A stretch of 64,000 nt of DNA from Tubulanus polymorphus (lineage: Eukaryota > Animalia > Nemertea): assembly GCF_964204645.1 (NCBI RefSeq), contig NC_134026.1:11865950-11929949 (forward strand). Direction: 5' to 3'. A program made the translations under genes and the position numbers. Below the pieces are notes generated by a model. It did no database searches. It saw only the letters and a list, made by a program, of their open reading frames with translations, and had not been told where the DNA came from. Below, piece by piece: positions 14,340 to 27,460 of the stretch (within the stretch, counting starts at the first letter, position 1; every line of letters starts with the position of its first letter).

Positions 14340-17044
14340 AATCATGCTCTATATAAATGTCAATTTATATAGAAACAACCATTTTACTTCTTTCGAATGG
14401 AAAGTAAAGGATACGGATGCCGAGGAACAACATTGATCTATGAAAGGGCAGAACAGTTCACATAAAACGCTCAGATTTATTTACTGAATTTGTGCTCAAT
14501 GCGGTCCACTGAATCCATGCCTAACCATTGTATCATTACTTTCATGATATTAGTGATCATTTGAACATAATCAAGATGACACAATTTTCACCATTATTCA
14601 GTGCAGTTACAAGATATATGACAATAATACAACAACATGAGCTTTTAACAGTGTCAATAGCGTTTCCCACTGAGATGCCACATATACTGTATGCTGATGT
14701 AACGTAAGAATTCCTGGGCGGACAGTTGCGCTAGTGGCCGCTGCATGATTTATATTGCGAAAAAGACGTGGACCCGCGGTATCGTGTACTGTTTTACTTC
14801 CGGGTTCTATTTCAAGATTCAAAATTGATTTCAAGATCGATTTCGGTGAAATCTTTAATTGATTTGGTTTTTGGGAGTTTTTATTTGCACTACAAACAAA
14901 TCATCATTCGGGAAAGTAGCCTTTTCTCATATCGGATGGATGACCTTCATACGCTAATTTCGTAGCCATGTGCTCGAATTGCAAGAACTATCAAATCCAA
15001 TCCAATTTCATTTCATTGGACTAAAAATTACACGAAATTCAATTCAATTTCATTCCGCATTCCGCAATAAGACGAAGGGAAAAGATTGACCTGATGTATT
15101 CGTTCCTGTCGTCCGTGCAACTAGGTACGATATTACTGTGTTAATCATATTGAATGAGGAGTCAGTCGCGGATCCAAAAAGGGTGCTCTCGGTGCTGCAG
15201 TACACCCCCTCAAGCCCACCGCACACCGTTTGCGATTCTTGGTGGTCGCAAAGGTGTGCGCTCAGCTTTAGAGCCATCAATCTTTTTCCGATTCCGACAT
15301 TTTCCACCGCATGCCTTGGCGATTCACCGTATGATCCTCGTTGATCACATACAAAATATAGGTTTATCGTATTATCGTAAAGGTATGTTGTGACATCTGA
15401 GCCGATCGTATCAAATCAAACGTGTTTGGTATTTTTGCATGCGATTTATTGGTATTTTTGCATGCGATTTATCCGTGCGAAAATAATCGTAAATGCGCGC
15501 GGCGGCTACGTTGTGGATATGTTGAACGAAATGCAGGATGAAGTAATCATTTGGTCTGATAGAAGACCCATACATTGTTCCTGTCTTGTTATTTGAGGTG
15601 CAATGATCTCCAGTACAGCAGAGCATAAGGGTAAGATGATATCTGATGCAACGATCGTCGCTCAGCAAATTTGTGTGCCAATTTTATTTCAGGCTGTTGT
15701 CCGGACATATCAATTTTAAAATTTAATGAAACGACGTGAGGATACATAACCGCCCACCGTCTGCGCTTCTCCTTGTTTCCCTGTATATGGCATCCCAGGA
15801 TGTCTGAAAACGTATCTCGGGAGGCAAAATCTAAAAATGATCCTACCCTCGGCGAGAGTCCCCCTAACATCGCGCTTTCACATTGACAGCACTCCCTCTT
15901 TGAAATCCTGGACGTATTGGCCCCACTCCGCGCGGGATTTACGCGAAGCAGCAGAAACAAACATGGCCACCTTTTGAATTTCCAATGTACGAAATTTAAC
16001 ATGAATTTCAATTATTTCAGCTGTTAGGGTTTCAAGGCACAATATAACTAGATGATGTGATATGGCGAGGATGTGAATAAATGATAATACCGTGGTGAAG
16101 CTAGTTACGAACTATCCCGATTGAGTGTACAGCGGTCAAAAACCTATAAATTTGCGTAGTCACATAACTATTTGCCGTGAATTGCAGACGAAACATGAAG
16201 CCTAAATGGCCGTTTACAAAACCATTATAGCAATCACAATTGAAAGATCTGATATAATAATGATACAACTTAAGTTAAAATTATGGCCATTTCTAAAATT
16301 ATATTATAATTTGTAGTCAGTGCGGAACGTTTGGGTTTTGGAACAATAATGAGGTAGGTAGTAGTTCAATTCAAGTCATGATTTATCACATGTTACTTCC
16401 GTGTTGTTGAAAATCTCGCGAGAATGGCGCAACATTGAAACTGGCAATAAATGCCGAATATCATACATATTTTTTGTACATATTCATAACTTATCCGCTA
16501 TGGGTGCCGATAAACAATTGCAATTTTACGATCAGTATGTTTGGCCGCGATAGTTGCCTGGGACGACTTTTTTCACAAGACAGTTTCCGCCATCCTGTTT
16601 GCAGTGTGCAATGCTTCTCATTCTGTTTGTAAACACAATCCACACATGCGCACTGCACTCGCTGTATCAGCGTTCGCGGCTCTCAACCTACAGACAAAAA
16701 CAGCGTCAAATAGCCTACCGGAACTCGTTAACATGGGCACCTTTTCTACGATTTTACATCTACAAGATTGAATCAATTTCTGACAGCGTTTCCGCATTTT
16801 TTATTCGTGTATCTAGTGTTTCAACGTGTTTATCGGCACGGGGGAACCAGTGGTTAAGATGGATAATTGACCATACGAAAAATTTTGAAATATTGATTTT
16901 TTGCCACGTATGTCATTCATATATTTCAACTCATAAACTTTTGGAGGATTTGATTAAAGAAATAGTCAAGCCCTCAAATGATCGCACGTACGATCGGCTT
17001 ACGCGCTCCTACATGAAATGGAAAATTAGTATCTCGTACGATAG

Positions 17045-17346
17045 TAATAATAATGATAACTGACATTTATATAGCGCAGGTATCCGAACTAGTCTGTTCA
17101 AATGCGCTCCAAACTTGGTATTATTACCCCCAGCCTATAACTCTATTCCATGTATCAGTCATTTCTCCCTGGGGAGAGGTAACATCCGAGCAGCTGCTAG
17201 GCGCTCAGGAGTCATCTATCAGACCAGGTACCCATTTACTCCTGGGTGGAGAGAGGCAACGAGGATAAGTGTCTTGCCCGAGGACACTTAACGGCAATGT
17301 ACGGGGTTCGAACCCACGACCTGGCTTCCCAGAGCCGAACGCTCTA
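17045..17346 (-). mobile_element. tRNA-derived SINE with CORE-like domain and L2-type 3' tail
   Basis: Minus strand: tRNA-like head with B-box GGTTCGAACCC; GTGTCCTCGGGCAAGACACTT..CTCTCCACCCAGGAGTAAATGGGTACC core; GCGCTATATAAAT then a (TTA)n tail. Confidence 0.85.
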
Positions 17347-19960
17347 AATATATATATTCAATATTATGTTATTCAACTGTTAATGATAAGTTAGCTGATA
17401 TTTCAGGAGCAAACATAAATGAGTATTATAAATCAGATAAAAATGAATTAATTGAAACTTCAGATATATTCTGTGATAATATAATGCTATATAGAATCAT
17501 GTTAGAACAAGAAATTATTAAAGAAAATAGAACAACTTTTCTTAACGTTAATCGGAGAAAAATTACACATTATGAAATTAAGGAATGTTTTAATCAAGAA
17601 AATATCATATTAGATAATTAAGCTTTAAAAATTACACGTGTTTTAACAGTTCATGATGATAATTCAAAATCATCTTAAGTAGAATTAATCAGGAATTAAG
17701 ATTAACAGATTATATAGCAGTATTTAAAATTTCATTACGCAACCAAAATTTAAATGAATTAATTCAGAAAATGGATGACATTGAAAGATTATTAAATGAA
17801 AAAAATTATAATATATTACATGTAGATGTTACACAAGATTTTAAAGGATCATTATTTTCAAATGTTCGAAAATAGAAAATATAAAGTTCTAAAAGAATTT
17901 TTTAATAGTTGTGTTTCAGCATTAAATAAGGATGATAAAATGAAAATCTATAATAAAACAGCATGTCAATTCAAATCTGGTGTAAATATAAATTTTGGTT
18001 CAAATTTAATGAGTTACATTAATTCCTATCAAAAAAGGTTGAAATAATCATTTGAAAAATTTAATTGAAACCGGATTAATTAGAATCGAAATTGAATTTA
18101 AAAGAATTTCATTTAAAAGAGGATTAAAAATGGAGGAAAAAATCAAACAATACTTAATTATATTATTACTATTCACCTGCATATTTACAACTTAAATCGT
18201 TATTTGAGGGGGTAAAACAGACTGTATGTATTTATGATTTGATTGAAAAATGCTTTTATTTCTGTTATTATGGGGATTTATTAGCAAATAATTTATTGGA
18301 TATAAATCTAGGATAAGTAAAAATATTGAAGAATCCTCTTTACATCCTGTTTACAATCAAAGATATCCCATGTTTATACATAACAATTACTCAAAATGAT
18401 GATAAATCAGAATTCATTATTGAGGCAAAAAATATATCAAAACTGAAGGATCAACTGTTATATCTTCCACTAATTCGATGTTTACAGTATTAAATAAATT
18501 CATATTTAGATTTAAATTACGTGAAACTGGAATAAATTTCACAACTTTAAAAAAGAGATATTATATCAAATCTAAACCTTCTTATAAATTAGATGCACTT
18601 GATATTGAAGAAGATTTTGATATGAGGCAGTATTTAAAAAAGTTGAAATAATTCCTGAAGTAAAATAAATGATTTTACTCCTAAAATATCTGGAATTGAA
18701 AATAATGCAGTTTTTGAAATTAGAGGTTTTTTAACGAAGTGTAAATGTTTAAATGCTCTTTATTTCAGTTATATTTTTACAGATCAAGGTTTATTTGAAA
18801 CTAGTGATTAAAACATAACAATTAGATGTATTAAATGATATTTATTTTGAATTTTCTTCGATAGGAAAAATTAGTAAAGTTAAAAAAGGTGTTCATAGTC
18901 CTGATGGACACCTTATTTTATCAAAATTAGAAAAACCTATTTTCCAAGTTCAGAAAATATCGCATAATCATTTTGAAATAATTGATAAAATGGGTTTTGA
19001 ATTGATAAAAAAGTATACTGAATATTTAAAGATAAATTCTAATGATTTTATTAATGTATGTGATATACGTAAAGAAACTGATTATTTTAGAAAACATCAA
19101 CTTAACAATATGAAAATTAAAGAATGCAAACGTTTAGAACTATTGAAAGATAATTCTGAATATAATATTGATTTCATTGAACCTAAATATTTTAGAAATA
19201 AATTACGCCATCTAATTTTAATTCATAATGATGAAACTATTTACATATCGAATCAATTTTTCGCTATAGAAATGATTTAGAATAAATTAACATATAAAAG
19301 TTTAATATTTTGAAAATGATTAATGAAATATTGAAATTAAAACTAGCAAATATTAACAAATCTTTAAATTTTTTCATAAATAAATGGATGGTTTCATTCC
19401 AACTGGAAAAGTGATTTGAAGCATTATTTAGTTGCTGGAGGATTAATATTAGCTGCGCTATACTTTTATTATGAGAATATTAGTAAAGATCTGATTAATG
19501 AAAATATGAAATCGAATAAGAAATTTAAAAATTTAAATGGAAATGGGCATAAAAATGATGATGAAGAAGTTATTGAATCAGATTAGCTAATGAATAAGTC
19601 AAATAAATATTTTTCTAATTAAATGAGTGAAAATATATTAAATTTATTACATCTTATTTACAGAAATCAAGAGAAAATGAAATTTATTATAATGATTTCA
19701 GGATGAGTTTCATTTTCATTTTATAGTATGAAACAATTGTTTCATTTTTATGATACTTGTAAAATTGTACAATATAATTCTTTAGAATGATACTAGAATG
19801 ATACTAGCTATTTAACTAGTATCATTCTAGTATCATTTTAAAGAATTATATTGTCATTATAATATAAGTCTTTAGAATGATACTAGAATGATACCAGTTA
19901 TTTAACTAGTATCATTCTAAAGAATTATATTGTCATTCTAGTACTGCGTAAAGAATATGA
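17347..19960 (+). mobile_element. Degraded AT-rich virus-like segment: long frameshifted ORF, small TAAATG-started ORFs and an iteron hairpin
   Basis: Abrupt shift to very high AT. Broken frame 17360-19280 contains ILHVDVTQDF, KIYNKTACQF and GLIRIEIEF. TAAATG at 19381 and 19620. Hairpin at 19769-19854. Confidence 0.6.
19769..19945. repeat. 39-bp-arm hairpin built from 11-bp GAATGATACTA iterons, partly duplicated
   Basis: ACAATATAATTCTTTAGAATGATACTAGAATGATACTAG, loop CTATTTAA, then reverse complement with 1 mismatch. Second partial copy at 19869-19935. Confidence 0.9.
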
Positions 19961-20039
19961 TATTTATCTTATAGATTCATTATATTACTGTTTCAATAAC
20001 GATAAAAAATAAAAATATATTTGAATATAATTGATGACC

Positions 20040-20682
20040 ATTAGTATCCCAAACATGGGTAGCCACAGCACTTAGGGGTTTTTTGATTTATTGTATCTTA
20101 TGCTCTTTAATACGAATACTGAGGGAGCGACTGGTTTCACCAAAATTTATCACAATCTAGGCAAGGGATTTTATAAACACCGGCATGAGTATTGGACAAA
20201 GTATTATTTTTGGATAAATGACTAGAGATTTTATTATCATACTTGAATATAATATCAGTGTTAAGCGCTTTGAGAGTGGGTTTCAATTTGTCTAAACACA
20301 GGGCATAAGGGACAACAATGCGAGACTTACGTTGAACAGAGTTAGAGTCAACACGGATAAAATTAGGTTCAAGGGACCTTTTAGCTTAACGAAGCGCGAG
20401 GTCTAAGACGTAATCTTGATAAGCGAAATTTGTTAAGACAATTGCGTGCATATAAAATTTCAGAGTCAGTAAATACAGGGTCTCAAATTCTTAGAGCCCG
20501 AAGAAACAACCCTTGGGCTACAGACAACCTGATATTAAAACAAAGGAAAAGAAATGCAAAATATGAATTAGAGTGGGTAGCTTTCCGATAAACTGAAAAA
20601 CGGAGACGATCAAAACAATTGTGTATATTAAGAACATCCAGGAAAGGAATCACATTATTGGATTTCCATTCAAATGTGAACA
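20040..20682 (-). mobile_element. Penelope-like element fragment (RT thumb plus GIY-YIG endonuclease)
   Basis: FTFEW..IPFLDV..FSVYRKATHSNSY, then GVYKIPCLDCDKF-GETSRSLSIRIKEHK, with frameshifts. Confidence 0.85.
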
Positions 20683-20851
20683 TTTTACATGTTATATCTA
20701 TGTATGTTTAGAGCCATAAATAGTCACTCTATTGTATCTTTTTGTTGATGTTAACAAGTTTATTAATGATTTCCCCCCTCTAATACCGGTACCTGTAATG
20801 GTTTTGAGTGTAAATGAAATATCAACCATATATTACATTATATACGTACAG

Positions 20852-21012
20852 GACATATGCTCCATTGAGCAAACAAGCTAGACATGAGTCAGACGATGCA
20901 GAGGAATTCGGATGGAATGAACTACATAAAATTGACCAGTCCTGCAAGCTACCCGTTAATCTAAGCTGCCATTCGATTTTGGCGGTGAAGAATAGAATAT
21001 TTGTTTTTGGAG
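20852..21012 (+). CDS. Kelch-repeat protein exon 4
   Basis: tacag| acceptor completes TG|G (Trp). WNELHKIDQSCKLPVNLSCHSILAVKNRIFVFGG. Donor G|gtacgt. Confidence 0.9.
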
Positions 21013-21693
21013 GTACGTACTTGAGATAAGATTTCTGTTAGCTTGTATTCTTACAAAATCGTACATAAATACTCAAAATTTTCATATCATATCATTTTTG
21101 TTGAGGCATTCTGGGGACATGATAACAAATATCCGAATGTGAATATATGTCTGAAAAATGAATTAATGCATAGAAGATGCATTGTATTTTTACAAGACAA
21201 CTCCGTAAAAGATATTATTCAGGTATTTCTTCACAAGGCTCGTGTCGAGTGGGGGTCAGGGGTAGCGAATGAACCCCCAACGATTTTCAAAGTGCCCTTC
21301 AGAGTTAGTGTAACAAAATTCGAAATTTCAATTTCATTTTGATTTTTCTTTTCGGAAAATGAAAAGCAATCCAACTACAACGAGGCTCTATCCTTGGAAT
21401 ATCTTGTACCGCAAAATGTAGAATGTAGCAGTAAGAGAAACTATGTTAAAACATCGCCGATAGTTTAAGCCTAAATGGGCAGCTAGTTGCGAATCGATAT
21501 GATTGTTACTGTGACATTTTTGACTGGAAATTTCATTTGTTTCGAGCGTTCGATTGTTTTTTCTTTGTCATCCATTTATCTTTATACCAAAGGATGATTA
21601 TTAATCAATTTAAATTCGTCAATATATAAAGATGGTAACGACGAACTTATTCTTTGAATGGATGCATTTACCTTTTTGTGATCGATCTTATAG

Positions 21694-21786
21694 GTTTAAC
21701 AGATAGTAATTTGTACGCGATTGAAGAACATAGACGCAAGAGTAGGAGAAAAGAACCAAAAATGAATGGACCCCAAGCCAGTAATC
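21694..21786 (+). CDS. Kelch-repeat protein exon 5 (basic loop insert)
   Basis: cttatag| acceptor, C|gtaagt donor, phase 1-1. GLTDSNLYAIEEHRRKSRRKEPKMNGPQASN. Confidence 0.75.
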
Positions 21787-21964
21787 GTAAGTACCATCAT
21801 CTTAGCTGCTTTAATCGTACTCCAATTTTGGGTTCTTCGAAATCATCCGAAAGACAGAACGGCCATATTTTAGAATCAACTCGAGTTGTAAATAAATACA
21901 ATGTAGTTTCATGATTAAACATTCCGTGAGTTTAAGTACTGATGTAATTTTGCTGAACTTTCAG

Positions 21965-22087
21965 GTTTTTATGAATTTTCATTACGTCGAAATGATGGAA
22001 AGAAGCACGTGTCGTTTGGGGAATATCCCTGGCAACGAATGTTGGACATGCCTCAACCTCGATGCATGGCGGGTACAGTGAAGTTAG
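21965..22087 (+). CDS. Kelch-repeat protein exon 6
   Basis: ctttcag| acceptor, G|gtctgt donor. RFYEFSL..YPWQRMLDMPQPRCMAGTVKLG. Confidence 0.88.
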
Positions 22088-22424
22088 GTCTGTTTTTGCC
22101 GATACTTGTATTTAGGATTTCCTGGCTGTCCCACAGAAAACCCATTGTTATTCCCATGATTATAGAGTTTTCTGCTGCTTTCGAAACAAATGCTTTTGTT
22201 ATTCTGCGGATTATTATCATTTTCATTGTAACTATGTATTACTATTAATGTTACTATAAAGATAACTATTACTATCATAGTATTACTATAACTATTAATA
22301 AAAAGTTAAAGTTAATCCCTAAAAGTCACTAAAGGCCTAACGGTCCTAAAGCATTTAGCGGACTTCTACCAAATTTTTCTAGGATTATATTCAATACCCA
22401 CATGTACAATGATTTTGATTTCCT

Positions 22425-24026
22425 CCTCGAAAAACGACAAAACTAAAATAACGCGACGAAACAATAATTTTGGTTTTGTTTGTCGCCCGCGACATTTCAT
22501 TATTTTCGTTTTGTCGCCCGCGACAATTCATTTTTAGCTCTGGAGCAACGAGAGAGGTATTATGACGATGCCTGGAAATCGCTTGTGTATGTTACCTGTC
22601 GTGCGAAGCACATACATGTATGCATGCGCGCTGAACAAATAGTTCCATAATTTTAGGGCTAATTTACATTTTGGCACTTATGATTCCGCAGTGATTATGC
22701 TGAATTATGAATAAATGAATTGTCGTGATTAAAGTATTTTTCGATTAGTGAGTTGTTTATGCATTCGTGTCTGTGCGGATGAATATGACGAGACCTAGTC
22801 ATTATGAATTGAGAACCCTTTTCGCCTCCTCGAAAAATACTCTGGTCAAATTATGTTAGTTCCTGAAAGTAGCCTTTGAACCTTTAGATGTATCCCCCTT
22901 AAATTACTACACCGGTACTATTCACTGTTATTTATGTATGTATTGTCACTATATTATATTATTGTACTGAATTATATTTGTACACTACACTTAGTACAAA
23001 AGTTACAATAAATGAAATGAAATGAAATGACAATGTAGTCAGCCGTCAGCATTGCGTTTTATTGCTGTGTGGACGAAACCGCACGTGTCACCGGTAAGGG
23101 ATCGTTTTTAGCTCTACATCACTTTTAGAGGCACGAAAACAGCAAAATCGTTTCCAGAGAAATAACTTTGTGAATACTTGATTGAGTCCTTATACTGATT
23201 AATATAGCTAAATACTATAATCGCGAGGCCAATTTGACAGAAATTAAGTCCTCGCGAAAAAAATAAGTCTAAAGAACCAATCAGAGTCAAGCAACAGCTG
23301 TTCACATGAAACCGGCGGTCGCGGTATCGTCGTCTTAATATAGGCTTAAAACAGGTTCGTTTTACGACTAAAATAGGATTTCAAGTTTGATTTTTGTAAA
23401 ATCTTGAATTGACTCAGTTTATGGAAGGACTTTTCAAATGCACAACAGAAAATTTATCTTTGACAATTATGTAAGGGTTGGCAAATAGCGTTCTCTCAGG
23501 TCGCTGCCGTAGGCGTGGATGTTGTGATATACTAATCAGCCATGTGCTTACGAACAAATCCAATTTGATTTTATTCAGCAAAATATATATCAAACTAAAT
23601 TAAGCTTTGCTCAGTATAAATCAATCTTTGAGAGGAAAAATACTTCCTCTGTTACTTAAAAATTCAAAATTGTACTGTGTTAATAAAACAGGAGCGCGAG
23701 AGCACTGGACCTTTGGTCCTCTAGTTTGTTTTGTCGCCCGCGACAATTCATTGTTTTGCGCGACAAAAAAATGAATTGTTTTGGGCGACAAAACCAAAAT
23801 ATTGAATTGTCGCGGGCGAAAAAACCAAACTAATGATTTGTCGCTGGCGAAAAAACCAAAATATTGGATTTTCGCGGGTGACAAAACCAAAAGAATGAAA
23901 TTTCGCGGGTGACAAAACCAAATTTGTTGTTTTGTCGCGTTATTTTAGTTTTGTCGTTTTTCCGTAATGTCGCCCTCATTTGCTTATTCGTATTTTTTCA
24001 CGTATTTCCCTTATCAGCCACCCTAC
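22425..24026. mobile_element. Foldback element with inverted arms of 31-bp palindromic repeats (IS3EU-like), interrupted by a HINE
   Basis: Left-arm units are inverted relative to right-arm units, centre near 23760. Right end TTATCAGCCACCCTAC resembles the end at 55245-55260. Confidence 0.7.
22532..23726 (+). mobile_element. Helentron-associated non-autonomous element (HINE), family C
   Basis: 5' TTTTAGCTCT..GAGAG; 3' GCGAGAGC plus stem-loop GGACC-TTT-GGTCC plus TCTAGTT; sits in a T-run with no TSD. Confidence 0.6.
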
Positions 24027-24202
24027 AAACCGTTAGTTGTCAGCGTGACATGGCTCCTTGGAAAATTCTTCGAATATCAGACTCTAGAACGAGATATCGA
24101 ATACGACCCCTTATCTAAGATCGAAAGATCGAAAATCTTGCCACCCTATAATCAATTTGAAAAGTAGCGCGTTTCTATCTTTCGCACGTAAAAGAAAAAC
24201 AT

Positions 24203-24630
24203 TTATTCTCGTGCAATAAAAAACAAACTTTTTGAATTCTCGCGCGAAAAAAACCAAAATGTTTTGTTATCTCGCGCGAGAAAATCAGAAGTCTTGAATT
24301 CTCGTGCGAGAAAACCAAACTTTTTGAATTCTCGCGCGAGAAAACCAGAATGCGAGAGAACCAAAAGTTTTGGATTCTCGTCCGAGAAAACCAAAAGTTT
24401 TGAATTCTCGCCCGAGAAAACCAAACTTTTTGAATTCTCGGGCGAGAAAACCAAAATGTTTTGTTTTCTCACGCGAGAAAACCAAAATTTTTGAATTCTC
24501 GCGTGAGAAAACCAAACTTTTTAAATTCTTGTGCAAGAAAACCAAAAAACGGGCAAATGTGAATTTTTTTGCAATCGTTGCTCTAGGCGTACAGAATTTT
24601 TTTTTTTGTATGGGCCGAATCAGCCACCAT
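24203..24630. repeat. 30-bp minisatellite (GAATTCTCGCGCGAGAAAACCAAACTTTTT) ending in an IS3EU-like terminus
   Basis: About 11 degenerate units; terminal AATCAGCCACCATA near 24618-24631. Confidence 0.85.
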
Positions 24631-26099
24631 ACGCGTCAGATTCCTTACGGTCTGTTGTGAATCTGTTCATTTTACTACGTACGTACTGCATTAAGCAATT
24701 CGAAATACCTGTATGATAGCCGTTCTGCTTGCTGACGGATTTGGATTGAATATCGTAAGCTAGTTCACGGCTCAAGGAAAGCATCCAGCATGCATTCGCC
24801 TTAAATACGTATGTTTGTTGATAACCAGTAGACCAGTGTTACGGGGACAATACTTTTCTGCCTGTTTGTCAGTTATTTTTGTGTAAATACCCATGTCCAG
24901 ATTTCAACTTCGTCAAAAAAATTCGAACCTTCAGGTAGACTCCTGACTCGTCGTTTTAGTCTCCAGGGGTCATTTCTATGACACGGTCGTCTCTTTCTTT
25001 TTGAAATAAAAACACTTCACGCGTTGCACAGTCATCTTTTTATCGATAATCAATATTGTGCATTAGTACTGCACTTAATGATCAAGTAATAGAGCAAGTA
25101 AAATATTCGTGTAAAAGAGACCTTCAGTAAGTTTTGTTCTTGTATTCTAATGAACCAGTTAATCAAGAGAAAATGAGCACAGTGTTCTTTGTTTATTCAT
25201 AGTTTAGGTACCGTTATGAACTTCACAGTGGATATAAAAAAGAAGAAACCTCCCGCCCCGTCTCCTTGGAAAATCTGAAAAATACGAGTTTATTTCCACT
25301 TTAAAAAAGCTCATAAACAAAAAATCGCCCGCCCTCGTCATGTCTAGAAAAGAGGTTTGGATGAGAAAAAAGGTATCAACTTTGAATGGCCTCAATTAGA
25401 CATTTGTCCAGAGGGTGACATTTCGTATTTTCAAAGAATGATCTCAAAGTAAAAATAGAATCGTAGCACGGGCCCATTTTGTGTTCTTCGGTTCAAGCTT
25501 GCTACAGTGATAAGGATACGGCTGGAGTCCGTACCATTTTGATGTATGTACGTCAATCGGGTAAGTGCATTTAGTTTTCTGTGCTGAATATTAATATGTA
25601 ATTAAGCATACGAAATTAGGAAGTGTGGTAATTTTAGGTCTAATGTTGATAGAATTTTGACTTAGATGTATATTATCGATGTATCAAATGACTGTAAATT
25701 GCATTCTTTATAAAGTAAAAACACTACACCGGTTCGTACCGTCCAACGTTCGTTTATTGGATGGACGCAAATGGCTTTGCCCGGGCGTTAGCTTAAAATG
25801 AATGGATGTTTCTTATGTACGGACGTTACTTATACATAATGCTAAAAGGTCATGATCGTGGGGTTTCCGTATCCGTATGCCCACCTTAGATTTCCTGACA
25901 TGTGAGAAGCTCCAACAGTGTATTGGACTGATTATAGCCTATTCGTTTTATGATTATGACTGAAATTGTTTTGTCCGTTTTTTATGATTTCAGTTTGTGT
26001 GACAAAAATTTTGAATGGTTCAACTGTCTACAATAGTATAATATTCTCACTACCTGTTGTGCGGACATACTACAGAAATATATAGATATGGGGAAAACC

Positions 26100-27460
26100 G
26101 GTACTGCCCGAGCGACGCACCAAACACTCCGAAAAGACAAGCCATAAAACCCAAAAACTAACATCTCAAAACCCAAACCCAAACCATAAAGGGGAGTTAA
26201 GAATTAGATCAAAACGGCGAGCGCAAAGAAGCAATATTGAGATCATATAAAAGCCTTACGGGACTGAACCTCCCTAATCGCTCAAAGATAAAATATTTTT
26301 ACGTGAAATGGTTTGTAAGCTTCATCAGCCGCGGTAACACGACCAGAGGGAAGGAAAAGCAACCCCTCGATAGTTACCCATTGGTAACCACAATCATCGA
26401 AAATAGAATCCACACCCTCAAAACAGATCGCACCGTATCCAAAAGGCAACTAAAAGGAGTATACTATACCAACCCCCAGCCAACACGAAGCCATGACAAC
26501 GAGCACTAAGTGGCCCGGCAGCTAGAGAATTGAAAACATGATGCAATAAAACAACAAATTGAAACTGTTCAACGATCTTACTTTATTACCAGCTGCGTAA
26601 ACAATCGACAGGTTTCAGACGCCCAAATCCTTTGCAATTTTATTTACACCTCGGAAAACGTTAAAAGACAAGTTGACCAACAAGTAAAACCCTTGGAATA
26701 CAAGGGCAAACGCAACACGAAGCTGACCAGCCATAAACAAGAAATATGAAAATGCTAAGATCTGAGTGCTCGCGTAAAACTGCAAAATGTAATGTATTTG
26801 TCACGCATCCTGCACGAACGGAGCAAACTAAATTAAGCATTGAGCGCGACTAAACTGTCCACGGAATCGAAATGCGCTAAATAAAATCACCGAAACAGAT
26901 CAGAAAACCGAAATGATAGACGAACTCCCTGACCGATAAATCTTACAAAAGTGGGACCAACGTAGTATACCGAAACACACTTAGAATATGGAGAACCAAC
27001 AACCCTGACTTCTCGAGTTATCCCTCATCCCGCACCGAGCAAGCAACAAGACGCACAGTCCTGTGACGCACACACCCTCCGCACCCATGGCTACAGCAAT
27101 TTTGTCCAAACATATTGGACGCCCGCACACAGTGGGCTTCAAAATCTATCCAAACACATTGGATCGCTAAAGATTTTGTCCAAACACATTGGACGCCCGC
27201 ACACAGTGGGCTTCAAAAATATATCCAAACACATTGGATCTGACCACACGCAGTGGACTACCCCCTATTCCACAGACAGTGGAATACCCCGGACGACAGA
27301 CTCCAAACTGCACAAAAGAGGACACACAGTTCAACAAAAGTACATAATCACAGCACAAAGCCAAGCCGTGAACCACCACAGCGAGGCGTCCGACAGCGAG
27401 GAAAACCAAAGCCAAACTGATTACTTCCATCTGTCCGCTGCGCCACGTAGTGAGAATAGA
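26100..27460. repeat. Dispersed repeat with an internally deleted copy at ~47505-47730; contains a ~73-bp tandem duplication at 27100-27240
   Basis: Shared blocks CAAACACTCCG..GCCATAAAACCC.AAAACTAACATC and AAAACCAAAGCCAAACTGATT.CTTCC.T.TGTCCGC.GCGCCACGT. Confidence 0.6.

Noticed and set aside
17290-17346. Possible tRNA gene
   Set aside because: Only a partial tRNA-like head, fused to CORE-like and L2-tail sequence, so it is a SINE.
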